Of a stretch of DNA of 42,588 bases, positions 1-11,866 are shown piece after piece (position 1 is the first letter of the stretch; each line of letters opens with the position of its first letter). The stretch is from Tubiluchus corallicola (taxonomy: Eukaryota > Animalia > Priapulida): assembly GCA_030141605.1 (NCBI GenBank), contig JAQGDQ010001401.1:1-42588 (forward strand), read 5' to 3'. A program made the position numbers and the translations under genes. The notes below the pieces were generated by a model. It did no database searches. It was given only the letters and a program-made list of their open reading frames with translations, and was not told where the DNA came from.

Positions 1-175
1 TTTGTAATTTATTGTCCACTTCAGCATAAATACATTATCGCATTGTAACTATATTTCAAATCAATTACATGTATTACATTTCAAATCAATGTAATTACAA
101 TAATTATAAAAGAACTATATTAATGTAGTTACTAACTATATAATACTATTAATAGTATAATACTTAATAGTTCAT
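1..175. repeat. AT-rich repeat copy matching 18211-18385 (direct), ~2245-2418 (inverted) and more weakly ~26773-26905 and ~40775-40905
   Basis: tttgtaatttattgtccacttcagcata...atacttaatagttcatgc is shared, with roughly ten mismatches against 18211-18385. Confidence 0.85.
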
Positions 176-715
176 GCAGCACTACAAATGAGAAGCGATG
201 GAGTGTATCTTACTTCATATGGCAGAGTAGTATCCAGGAGAATAAATGGATACAACTTGCGTTTTTACTAAACCAGGCCTTTCCGGGGCTAAGTCGTAAT
301 AGGGCCAAAAAAACTCTGATTTGCTATAACATAATAATATAAAAACCACTGAAAAACGACATTTAAACCAACAATGTTTTAATTCAGTGAAGTTAATGTA
401 TCGCCTGAATAAAGTCATGATCAGCATTTTTACTGTTTCAGCATTATCTCAAAAATATTTTTTCCAGTATTTTATGCACAAAGTCACGAATGTACTAGGC
501 ATAGAAATGCTGACTGCCCCACTGATGGTCCACGAGCAATCGTGAGAGCAGTGCAGATCGTCATATTGCACTAAGCAATCATATCAATTAGGTTATCGCT
601 CGGCGAAAATCGACCGGGACCTGGATTTTTAGGCTAGAAATTTTGCATCAGGATTTTGATTATCAAGTTTGATTCCTAGGTTAGGCCTAAAAACAAGCAC
701 AAAAACCATAGTTTA

Positions 716-3567
716 AAAACGAAGAAGTGTGATACTAGAGAACCTAAACTATGTACAAGTAGTATGAACTCACTATATACACAGTATGCGTACGAATTTG
801 GCTAGTTCACAGAGTAATAGTTTATAAAAGTACGTCCACTATATCACTATACGCATAATTAATGGTCAACTTACTTCACTTATACACTAGTAATATAATA
901 ATTAATGATAACAATCTCTTGATCTATTCCTGTTCTTATTTTGTTTTTGGCAACCTGCAGCAATAAGGTGAATCAACGTCGAACTGAAATAAGGTCAAAG
1001 TGTGCAAAGAGGAAGTGAGGAAATTCGCGTATTGTTACGTACTTCGTTTTTGCGGTTAGCTGCTGCGCTAGCGGCGTCAAACGGCGGATGATTAAAAAAT
1101 ATGAGCGGCGCTTTGACTGTAATAATAATATTCTTAAGTTCGCCAATAATGTTGGCATACGCACAATTTCGTTAAGCTAAAATCACTGTTTGTTCAGTGA
1201 TAATAAAAAAGAGGAATAATGTCATACATGCATCCCTGTTCGTTCAATGTGATTTTATAGCCAACTCCAACTCATATGAAATGCCAATGTATGATTATAT
1301 GCTTTTTAAACATCTTTTAACTTGGAATTAACAAAACATGCAGTTGCTTAGATTAAGTTTTGTTCTGGAAAAATTATTTGCTCTTTTGAAAAAATCGATT
1401 TTTTTTCTATGAAAGATATTACACATGAAAGTCAGGCCTAATATTTCTTCAAGTGATATTTCCTGATAAGAACATATTAAAAAGGAATGTTTTTTAGAAA
1501 AAAAATTTCTCCAGAAATAGAATACTACATGAGCCAGGTATTTGCAAACTTTCTTTATGATCAACTTTCTTAACTTTTTTAATAAATAAACCTATTAATT
1601 TTCATGAGATATGAATTTTTGTTCTAACTACAAATTATTCTTAATGCCCTATGTTTGCTTAAATAATATTCAAAAATATAACAGCTGCTGTTGTAGGCCT
1701 TGCAGTCTTTGCTTAGTGTACAAAATATTCAACTTGTAACAAAAGGTACAAAACTGTGTTATAATTAGCAAGCATTTTGTTATAATTACCTGGCTGCATC
1801 CTCGGGAAATTAAAAAAGATATTTTTTATTTGTGTTTTTGCAACTCACTGCTGAGCAATTTATGAGCACCTGTCGACCGGCCTGACTTTGGTGGTTTCAT
1901 CAATTTATCTGCTACAGTACACATTAGTGTACAAACAGCTTGCGCTGTAGTTTACCTGACAACAACAGTCCGTACTGCTGTGCCGCTAGGGCGACACTGA
2001 CTGCGCGAATGGAAACAAACAAAAAGATTTCCCCTATTGCTAAGTGCAAAGTTGTTGTGCACGTGTTACAATATTTTGCGTTTTTGAGGAAATTAAAGTT
2101 TAGATTTGTGGACAATTTTCTCTGCAGAACTTTTAGCGTCCTGCATATTCCAGGATTTTATAAAAAATACTGCTTAATTTAATTGCAGGCACCATAGCTT
2201 CTTTCTTTTGTTGTCTTACAACCTTTGCTTCTTGACCACCGTGCAGCATAAACTATTAAGTATTAATTATACTATTATGTTGTTAGTAACTATATTAATA
2301 TAGTTCTTTTATAATTATTGTAATTACATTGATTTGAAATGATACACATGTAATTGATTTGATATATGGTTACAATGTGATATTGTAATTATGCTGAAGT
2401 GGACAATAAATTACAAAAATTTATCTGCATTATACACACTTTGTGTAGCAGCTATAGGTGGCTGTGTGAATTCATGGTGTGTGGCTGCCAAATTTTCGAC
2501 ATTTAGGAGGCATTTGGAAGTTTTTTAGGGACTGAAATTAGGTTTATTTATAGGTACATTATAATTTGGGTTTGTTAGCTTTTATTTTACGCTTTAATCA
2601 CAAGCGCGACATCAATGTATTATTTGCGGTTAACGATGCTATTAATGATTATGCAGGTCGTATGAAGATTAGTTTCTCGTAAGGGAAATTAGGACGTAAT
2701 TAGAACGCTGTTTACTTCTACGTAAAGATACTACATTTTAAAAATTAAAGAAATATCCATGAATACTCTTAGCAATATGATTCCACAGTAAAGAGTTGTA
2801 TTGCACAGAAATTTAGAATGTTAATGTTGTTGTAATCTACTCAGTATAAGGTCTAAGGAAACATAAAGCATTCGAAGCATAAAGATTCTGCAGGCCTATG
2901 TTAAGAAATGTAGACTTTTTGATTTTGTAATGTTTGATTACCTACATCAACATTAATTTCACGAGCTTTGAAAGAGTTGGTAAAGTTCATGTAGTTTTTT
3001 AATGATAAAGTAATTACCTTCAGTTAGTTGTGTGGTTTATTTTAACTTTTGATTGAATCATAAAGTGTAGAGACGTATATTAGCAGAAATGACTTTAGAA
3101 TCTCAGTCTTGAGTAAGACTTAATTTTAATGAACACATGGGATGAGAGAATAAATTGTTTGCTAGTGCACACCAAGTTATGGCAACAACAATGTAACTTT
3201 GATGCCGCTAACGTAGCAGCTAATCACAAAAACGAAGTACGTAACAATACGCGAATTTCGTCACTTCCTCTTTGTACACTTTGACCTTATCTCCATTCGA
3301 CGTTGATTCACCTTATTGCTGCACGTAGCCAAAAACGAAATAAGTACAGGAATAAATCTAGAAATTGTTATCATTAATTATTAATTACTAGTGTATAAGT
3401 GAAGTAAGTTGACCATTAATTATGCGTATAGTGATATAGTGGACGTACTTTTATAAACTATTACTCTGTGAACTAGCCAAATTCGTACGCATACTGTGTA
3501 TATAGTGAGTTCATACTACTTGTACATAGATAGTTTAGGTTCTGTTAGTCTTACACTTCTTCGTTTT
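716..3567. repeat. Nested ~370 bp inverted repeat pair (716-1081 and 3198-3567), mirrored at ~17127-17495 and ~19553-19918
   Basis: aaaacgaagaagtgt...gcggcgtcaaa versus tttgatgccgc...acacttcttcgtttt. No target-site duplication found. Confidence 0.85.
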
Positions 3568-4082
3568 ACTCTGTGAACTAGCCAACAAGTAACAACAACA
3601 ATAACAATGTAACAACACACACTGTTCACTTTATTCCAGACTCAGAGGCACACAATTTGCTTTTTGCAGCCTCTTTTTTCTCTTCTCTCCCTTCTGTTTC
3701 TTTGAGTGCCTCATGTTGTTTTTTATACCAGGTTCTATGCATCCAGGAAGTAATTGGGTAAAAACTAGGTAAATACGGTCTAGCTCATGACGTTTCACAA
3801 TAGTTTGAGCCTTGTACAGTTTTGACAAAAATAAGGAAATGACTTAGAGACATATTACTACCGAGAAAAAATTTTAAATACAAAATGAAAACATGCAAAA
3901 CTGTCCGGGGAAAATCAGCGACCCTATAACAGGGTAATCTGGCTGCATCTGTGACATGCTAGTGTAGTTTCTTGGCTCAAAAGTTAAATACAAAATCCAA
4001 AAACCTGCCCGGAAACTTCCAGCCCTGCTTTCATTAGTTTGGATAATTATACGAGTGTTTTCTTCTGTTTGAAGGAACAAAA

Positions 4083-4185
4083 ATGTCGGAAGGCGATCAT
4101 CTTCCCAGCAACAACCGTCATTACTTCCAAGCTGAAGAAATTGAAGAAGTGATTGAAATTGATAATGAACATCAGCCAGACTTAG
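4083..4185 (+). CDS. AAMP: AAMP/Sqt1-like WD40 protein, coding exon 1 (MSEGDHLPSNNRHYFQAEEIEEVIEIDNEHQPDL)
   Basis: ATG at 4083 and donor G|gtaagt at 4186. The EEIEEVIEID motif resembles the AAMP N-terminus. Phase 1 is compatible with the next exon. Confidence 0.8.
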
Positions 4186-4289
4186 GTAAGTTCATGGACA
4201 TCATAGCGCTTGTGATTCTTAACCACAATTTTTCGTGAATTTCTTAGACATCTGCTACTAAGAAAGATGTATTGAACTAAATGAGGTTG

Positions 4290-4995
4290 TGAAAGACATG
4301 TATGAATACACGTTGTAGTTGAATACTTTGTAGAAAACGAATAAAACACTATACTACATATCTGCACAAGACTGAAGCGTTTATTAGACGACATACACAT
4401 ATGTAGAATGACTGCATGAGGTTGTAGTTGAACACTTTGTGGAAAACGAATAAAACACTATACTACATATCTGCACAAAACTGAAAAACGTTTATTAGAC
4501 GACATACACATATGTAGAATGACTGCTACACTGAACACTGAGAACACGAGTGTCCTGCACTGATCACTGAGAGTCAGACAGTAACATGACATGGGTATCA
4601 CGACTGCTGCACTCCACTGAGTGTGAGAGTCACGTGAGTATCACGACTGCTGCACTCCACTGAGTGTGAGAGTCACGTGAGTATCACGACTGCTGCACTG
4701 CACTGCACTGAGAGTGTGAGTTAGACAGGTGTGTAGCACGACTAGCACGACTTCTGCACTGCATTGAGAGTGAGACAGAGAGTGACTAGAAGTAGAATCC
4801 AGTCAGTATATATAGGTATAGGTAATGCAAACTTGGCTTCGCAAAAACCATTACAGTAAAATAGGGAGAGATCCAGTGAGTATGCATATTCACTGGACCG
4901 AACAATTATACTAGGGGTGAGTTTAGCTAGTAAAATGTAAAGTGATTAGTCAATAGATGGCAGCACCTAAAATATAGAGCCACAACTTCCACAGA
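4290..4995 (-). repeat. Interspersed ~450-600 bp repeat family with internal short duplications; other copies at ~7695-8120, 12795-13220, 15700-16390, 25846-26300, 41408-41865
   Basis: Shared blocks tgtggaagttg...ttttaggtgctgccatctattgactaatcac...gatcagtgcaggacactc...ttcaactacaac. Class undetermined. Confidence 0.8.
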
Positions 4996-5994
4996 GGTGA
5001 TATAATAGAATACTCGAGTGTTTGAAAATCTTTCAGTGTTTTTTAGAAAATTTACTTCAATAAAAAAGACTTCATAGAACTGTTATTTCCATCCTTTATC
5101 AACCAAGCAGCCGAAATTCGACTCTCAAGTTCCTCCTGGTGACTTCAAAAACCTGTATTTGTATTTGTCGTTTTGTATTCCTTACTCCTTTCATAACATA
5201 TTCTTTGCAAAATATTATAACTATACGTATACAAAATTTCTCTCCATTAACACAAACTATTTTATAATTATTAATTACACTCCTGCAAAAATGAAAATAT
5301 AATCACCTCTCAAAAAACTAAAACTATAATATGTAAACCTACTCCCATGACCCTCTTTCTCCAAACTGTTTTTTACCGCTATCCTGTTCTTACTGACCTA
5401 CCTAACTTTTCCTTTTTCATATTTATTAAATAATTCTTTTCTCTCTAGTACAAACTACATATACTAACAATTGCCGAGTGCCACTTGCTGGTCGGCCGCT
5501 GGTTTGCGATATACTTCAGTACAAGCTAAAGACGTGCTCGCACCCAGCATAACCTCTTTGGTTATCGCATTACAAGGACCAATTTTTACATTGGTTTTCA
5601 TAAACTACTAGGGAAAAATGCACAAAAGTACGTTTATATATAAACAATAGTTGTCAAAATCAACTGCCTTTGGTTTTGTAATAACAGGTTAAAGAAAATG
5701 GATAGGATAGGATAAAACATGATGCATTAAAGGGGGATTACACAAATCCAAGTTAAGGGTTACTGCATCCAAATCCACAGTTGTATTATCTGTAGTATTT
5801 TCAAGAAACACGAGACCTTCTAGTAGAGAGAACTGCAGGGCCTGTGGCCCGTTTCAGCTCGACAAATAGTTGAAAAGGCCTGGCTTGGCCGATGAAAGTC
5901 CATTTTAAAGCTGGTGTTTGGGCTGCCTGTGTTGAAAAATTAACAGGGGCCCATCTGAAAATGCTGTACTTGTCCTAGGTTTATGCAGGTCGCT

Positions 5995-6087
5995 TTCTCG
6001 TCTGATCACCGAAGTTAAGCAACGTAGAGCTTGGTTAGTACTTGGATAGGTGACCGCCTGGATGGGAATACCAGGTGCTGTAGGCTT
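5995..6087 (+). pseudogene. 5'-truncated 5S rRNA-derived sequence
   Basis: ttctcgtctgatcaccgaagttaagc...gctgtaggctt. The first ~30 nt are lost in a deletion relative to the right arm. Confidence 0.85.
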
Positions 6088-6622
6088 GCGGGATGTCCAC
6101 ACTGTATCTCGACACTAGGTGGAGGAGCTGCACAAGGCAGCCAACGGCTAGAGGGCGGAGGAGGTCAAGTGACCCAACTGCCATGTGTAGAGGAGTAAAC
6201 CTTCCAATTCAGGAGTGGACCCCGAAGGCGGACCAGTGCAGCATGCTCACTGACTCCGGCAGCTCCTGCAGCCAACCTGGTGCCAAACGTATCGCTCCGC
6301 TTTCTTTTGGACTACACCAGGGAGGAAGAGAGGGGGTTCCTGTTGTCTGGGCAACTCAGGATCTCCAAACACCTTGCCCAGGCGTGCGCCCTGTAGAGGC
6401 CACTCCAGTGGTTCAAGTATCAGATTGCTCAGCCACAGTCGATGCTGCAGCTCCATCAATGTGATCAATAACTGACTCTCTTGGGGCACATTCCATTGTC
6501 TTCCGAGACAGAAGGATGCCAACAACATGCCTGCCAACAAAAATTAAGTTGTAATTTGTAATCAGAAGCTGGTGATGAAATCGTCACATTCCATACATAT
6601 ATAATGCGATTCTTTTCTTTAG

Positions 6623-6757
6623 CGGATGACGTGGCTGATGTTGAGATTGATGAAACCTATGATGCTGATATTGATGATGACGGCAACACGGACGGCAATG
6701 GTAGTTCTATGGAAGACGTACAAGATGATTCTGTCACAACTTTTGCAAAACATTCTG
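6623..6757 (+). CDS. AAMP: AAMP-like exon 2 (acidic tract ...QDDSVTTFAKHS)
   Basis: ttttctttag acceptor, G|gtgagt donor, 135 bp, phase 1-1. DDSVTTFAKHS resembles AAMP DDSEVTFALHS. Confidence 0.85.
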
Positions 6758-6823
6758 GTGAGTATGTAGGCTACACTTGCACAAAATGTCAGATGTCTAA
6801 AACTGTTCACACTTAATGGTTGT

Positions 6824-7456
6824 GGTCAGTCTCAAAGTTTATTTCAGACTAGAAACTTTTTGTCAATCTCAAAGTTTATTTCAGTCTAGAGCCTTTCGGT
6901 CAGTCTCAAAGTTTATTTCAGACTAGAACCTTTCGATCAGTCTCAAAGTTTATTTCAGTCTAGAGCCTTTCGGTCAGTCTCAAAGTTTATTTCAGACTAG
7001 AACCTTTCGGTCAGTCTCAAAGTTTATTTCAGACTAGAAACTTTCGGTCAGTCTCAAAGTTTATTTCAGACTAGAAACTTTCGGTCAGTCTCAAAGTTTA
7101 TTTCAGACTAGAAACTTTCGGTCAGTCTCAAAGTTTATTTCAGACTAGAAACTTTTGGTCAGTCTCAAAGTTTATTTCAGCCTAGAACCTTTTGATCAGT
7201 CTCAAAGTTTGTTTCAGACTAGAAACTTTCAGTCAGTCTCAAAGTTTATTTCAGACTAGAACCTTTTGGTCAGTCTCAAAGTTTATTTCAGACTAGAGCC
7301 TTTCGGTCAGTCTCAAAGTTTATTTCAACCTAGAGCCTTTCGGTCAGTCTCAAAGTTTATTTCAACCTAGAGCCTTTCGGTCAGTCTCAAAGTTTATTTC
7401 AACCTAGAGCCTTTCGGTCAGTCTCAAAGTTTATTTCAGCCTAGAACCTTTTGGTC
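6824..7456 (+). repeat. 37-bp minisatellite, ~17 copies (mirror 13456-13830, ~10 copies)
   Basis: Unit ggtcagtctcaaagtttatttcagactagaaactttc. Confidence 0.95.
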
Positions 7457-9054
7457 TCTCAACTATCAGCTAAAAGTTAAATTAGTGTAGAGTAAAAAAT
7501 TGGCGTAATAAAATATTGACAATCAAATCAAATTGTCCTCATAGATGACAGTAGCAAACTGCAAATGTGGTTTGGACAGTCAGTGTAGTGCTATGGGACT
7601 AGTATACAAACTCACTTGTAACATCTGTGAAGAGTGCTGCGTTGGTCAGACCAGCAGTTAGAGATCTTGTTATGGAGCATGTGAAAGTTAGTTATGAAGT
7701 TGCAACTGAACACTTGTAGAAAACAACTAAACACCATATTACATGTTTGCACAAAAACTGAAACACTTTTATTACACTACAGAGTTATATGTAACATGAC
7801 TGCTAAACTACACTGAGGACCAGAGTGTCCTGCACTGATCACGAAGAATTAGACAGTGTGTGGCACGACTGCACGTCACTGAGAGCGTGACAGAGAGACA
7901 GTGGCTAGAAGAGAAATCTAGCCAGTATATATAGGTAGAGAACTATGCAAAAACTTGGCTTCACATATCCCATTACAGTAAAAATGGGGGAGATCCAGTG
8001 AGTTTGCATATTCACTGGACCGAGCAATTGTACTAAGGGTGAGTTTAACTAGTAAAATGTTAAAGTAACTAATCAATAGATGGCAGCACCTAAAATATAC
8101 AGTTACAACTTTCACAGAGCACTTCAAAGACATGTAAAATGGAAAGGTGAAACTCTACCTATAGGAAGAATACTATAAACTGCATACTCAATGTTCAGAT
8201 TTAACTTTCAATGCAAAAATGTCGTACAAACAAGAGACTCTCTCTGTTTAAGCATTATATACACTTTGAACCAGAACTTGTTAAACTGATAGTGGGTGGG
8301 GGCTGTTGTCTTAGCTTTTACTGTAATCTTAGAGAAAATAACAATTATAATTTGTTTATTTTGTAATTTTGTTTAAAAGTGTGTCACATAGCAATTGTAT
8401 TTAATGTAACATTTTTTTTTCAAATATTTTGTTGATAAACTGCTAGCACATCAGAAACAATCAATCAATCAATCAATAATCTTATTCATAACAATTTCCA
8501 CACTATAAGTAGTTTGTGTCCCTCTTTAAAACCCAGTAGTTTACGTAACTACCCACTTTGGCTTTTTGAAAGTCGGATATGACAAAATAGTCTAAGTTTA
8601 TTAAAACATAAGAAAACTTTTCACTTAGATAAAGGTTAAAAAGTTGGCTTGAAATTTTATATCTCTTACATTCTGTCTTATTGCACACTGGGTTTATATT
8701 AGTAGTAACGCTGTATAAAGCTTGGAAATTTAAACTCCCGCGATGATCGTTAGATGCAGCCATGTTAACAGTGAGTCGTGTGAACAAGCCTTTTGTAAAG
8801 TTTGAAAACGCAATCACAGCATTCGTAGTGAACACTTCACTAGCTAAGCAGAAGTATAAATTAGTTCATCTTGCCATTAAAATTAGTAGACCGTTTCTTG
8901 GTGAGCCAGTGACATTCTTAGTGCACCGTGAAACGGTGATACAGTGACGTTTCTTCAGTTGGCACGAACATTTTAAATAACAAAGAATTGTCTTTCCGTT
9001 ACGTATGTCTTTCAAACAGGTAAGCGTAATGCAGTGTAACATTGTATGAGAAAA

Positions 9055-9696
9055 TTTTAGGGACACACTTTAGGGACACACATTTTAGGGACACACATTT
9101 TAGGGACACACACTTTAGGGACACACACATTTTAGGGACACACATTTTAGGGACACACATTTTAGGGACACACATTTTAGGGACACATTTTAGGGACACA
9201 CATTTTAGGGACACATTTTAGGGACACACACTTTAGGGATGCACATTTTAGGGACACACACTTTAGGGACACACATTTTAGGGACACATTTTAGCGACAC
9301 ATTTTAGGGGCACATTTTAGGGGCACACATTTTAGGGACACATTTTAGGGACACACATTTTAGGGACACATTTTAGAGACACACATTTTAGGGACACACA
9401 TTTTAGGGACACACACTTTAGTGACACACAGTTTAGGACACACAGTTTAGGACACACAGTTTAGGGACACACATTTTAGGACACACAGTTTAGGGACACA
9501 CAGTTTAGGGACACACATTTTAGGGACACACATTTTAGGGACACACATTTTAGGGACACATTTTAGGGACACACATTTTAGGGACACACACTTTAGTGAC
9601 ACACATTTTAGGACACACAGTTTAGGGACACACACTTTAGTGACACACATTTTAGGACACACAGTTTAGGGACACACACGTTAGGGACACACTTTA
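9055..9696 (+). repeat. 13-17 bp minisatellite ttttagggacacaca, ~40 copies
   Basis: Directly visible. It produces the spurious CVSLK/MCVPK ORFs. Confidence 0.95.
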
Positions 9697-11352
9697 AACG
9701 TTTCTTTTCTTTTAAGTTTGTTTTTTCCTTTTTTCTTCTCTGCTTTTTCTTGCTCGAAATTTAATTATTTAATGTTTAAAACTATTTTATGTTTTTGACT
9801 GACTTACCGCCTTTACATTGTTGACGTCACGTCTTTCATTATATTTTTAGTTTTATGTCAATTTTACACTGCAGTAATTTCACTTTTAGCTGGTGAAGGT
9901 CACCAATGGCTTCTAGTTTCAAATCAACTTTGGGGCTTCAGAGCACTTTTGCGGGTTTTTGAGAAATGGCACCTTTCGAGAAAGCGCTCACTTACATGAA
10001 GCATTTGAATAGCAAATGTTCGTTTAGTGATAATGCAACGAGCTCTGCACTGCTGCCCTTTATTTGCCACTGTGGAGAAAGTTTTTGCACAAATGGTTTT
10101 ATAAGTTTCGGTTTACATGCTGCAAATCCGTTGAGAAGGTGAGAATGTGTCAGTTTGAAAGAGGTGTATTATCATTTTCACTTTATTAGTTTTTCCATGC
10201 CGCTTTAATATGGCAAAACTTCATTAATGTGATTGTTCCTATGTATATTATAGTGCACAAAAGTGAAGTAAAGACGACATAAAAATAGCAAAAGCTCTTT
10301 GATCACACACTAGTACCTGAAGCAAAAGTTTTGACCTAATTAAATAGAGTTATTTGAGTCATTTGCTGACGGTTTTCTTATATACATTGAATAGAAGCGG
10401 TACCGGATGTTTTTGAGTCAGTTAAGCGACTCTGATTCCATTAACTGCGCACCTAATAAACGTCGCCCACCATAGTAGTGTATTACTATCATTACAGGTA
10501 CATCTGATAAATCGTTCTGCAAAATGCTTTGCTTGGCCGAATGGTACCATCAGTGTGGGGCAAAATGTGTGTGCTCTGTAGGGCAGCTTCCATAATTATA
10601 ACAGACTTGTCCAGTGTAGTCAAAGAATTTCATACAAACAAAGACAGTCTGTGGTACCCGAAATTTGTTATAACGTGGTCCACTATTGGCAAAGGTTTGC
10701 TGTATGGACCAGCATCATACAGCCTGCCATTACGATGTCAAGCGGGGAGATAGCATTTCGCCCGTGTTACACTATATTAGCGTAAATAAACATTCATGGG
10801 ACGATTCATGTAAGATTCATCTAATGGTCGTCAAGATTACTTTTTATACATTTAAGCACGCTCCTAGTATCCAAGGCCTTGCTATGATTTGTTGATGATT
10901 GTGGCAGCGTTAGATCAATCTTATCAAGGATAAACATCTCGGATGAGATACTAGGCTGGTGTAGGTCTTTTAGAGATGCTGAGGTTCCTGTACAGCCTTC
11001 CTCAGCGAAATGGCTAACCAAAAGTGATTTTCTAGTGGTCCCCCATCCATTTCTTAATCAAATTCAGCATTGCCCAATATTGGTCCTGTAATATCTTAGC
11101 AATAAAGTAATTAATTAAAGTAATAAAGCAATTCAGTAATTACGTGGGGTGGTTGCTCTTTCCTGCTGCATAATGTGGTTTTTACTGGTAACTGGTAAGT
11201 AGGAATCCAGTCAGCTCGTTGATGCCTAATGTAGAGATGCTAAAAAGACAACATAAGAAGCCGCTCGTTATAACTAAACTGCGATAATCTATAGACTAGG
11301 ATTGGTATTTCTTCTTCTTTTACATTTTTCAGTTATTATTTTATCATTTTAG

Positions 11353-11469
11353 GAAGCGTGTTTTGTGTTAGTATGGCCACAAGTTCTAATCTAGCCGTAA
11401 CAGGCGGGGAGGATGACAAAGCGTACGTATGGAGATTGACCGATGGTGATGTGTTCTTTGAATGTACTG
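11353..11469 (+). CDS. AAMP: AAMP-like exon 3, first WD40 repeat ([39 protein letters not shown])
   Basis: cattttag acceptor and G|gtaaga donor. SVFCVS...[14 protein letters not shown] is characteristic of AAMP. No later exons were recognised in the window. Confidence 0.88.
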
Positions 11470-11542
11470 GTAAGATTATTGCTTCTGTTCAAGGCTGGAT
11501 TAAGCTCTCAAGAGGCCCCAAGTACTGAAAAAATTATGGTGA

Positions 11543-11866
11543 CCCTAAAATGTGTGTCTCTAAAATGTGTGTCTCTAAAATGTGTCCCTAAAATGTGTGT
11601 CCCTAAAATGTGTCCCTAAAATGTGTGCCCCTAAAATGTGCCCCTAAAATGTGTCGCTAAAATGTGTCGCTAAAATGTGTCCCTAAAATGTGTGTCCCTA
11701 AAGTGTGTGTCCCTAAAGTGTGTGTCCCTAAAATGTGTCCCTAAAATGTGTGTCCCTAAAATGTGTCCCTAAAATGTGTGTCCCTAAAATGTGTGTCCCT
11801 AAAATGTGTGTGTCCCTAAAGTGTGTGTCCCTAAAATGTGTGTCCCTAAAGTGTGTCCCTAAAATT
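11543..11866 (-). repeat. Inverted copy of the ttttagggacacaca minisatellite, ~20 copies, at the inner end of the right arm
   Basis: Tandem tgtgtgtccctaaaa units. Confidence 0.95.

Larger units (their letters stand above)
176..9696 (+). repeat. Left arm of giant inverted repeat (partner 11543-20457)
   Basis: gcagcactacaaatgagaagcg at 176 is the reverse complement of cgcttctcatttgtagtgctgc ending at 20457. Mirror ORF pairs occur along the whole length (215-427/20206-20418, 3874-4080/16614-16820, 6604-6816/13837-14049). Confidence 0.97.

Noticed and set aside
4950-4968. CTCF-like motif caatagatggcagcac carried by the dispersed repeat
   Set aside because: It is only a partial match and is altered in the DNAAF1 intron copies.
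8999-9662. Cys-rich ORFs (CVSLK/MCVPK) and similar ORFs at 30499-30851, 31366-31591, 37880-38500 and 39102-40325
   Set aside because: These are translations of mini- and microsatellites.
10440-11040. Coding-like minus-strand stretch in the palindrome spacer (…LPIVDHVITNFGYHRL…)
   Set aside because: It is interrupted by stops and has no family I can name. It may be a decayed transposon, which would need BLASTX.
9055-11866. True telomere fusion site
   Set aside because: TTAGGG is not in perfect tandem, the unit derives from a MITE, and the inward orientation follows automatically from the inversion.
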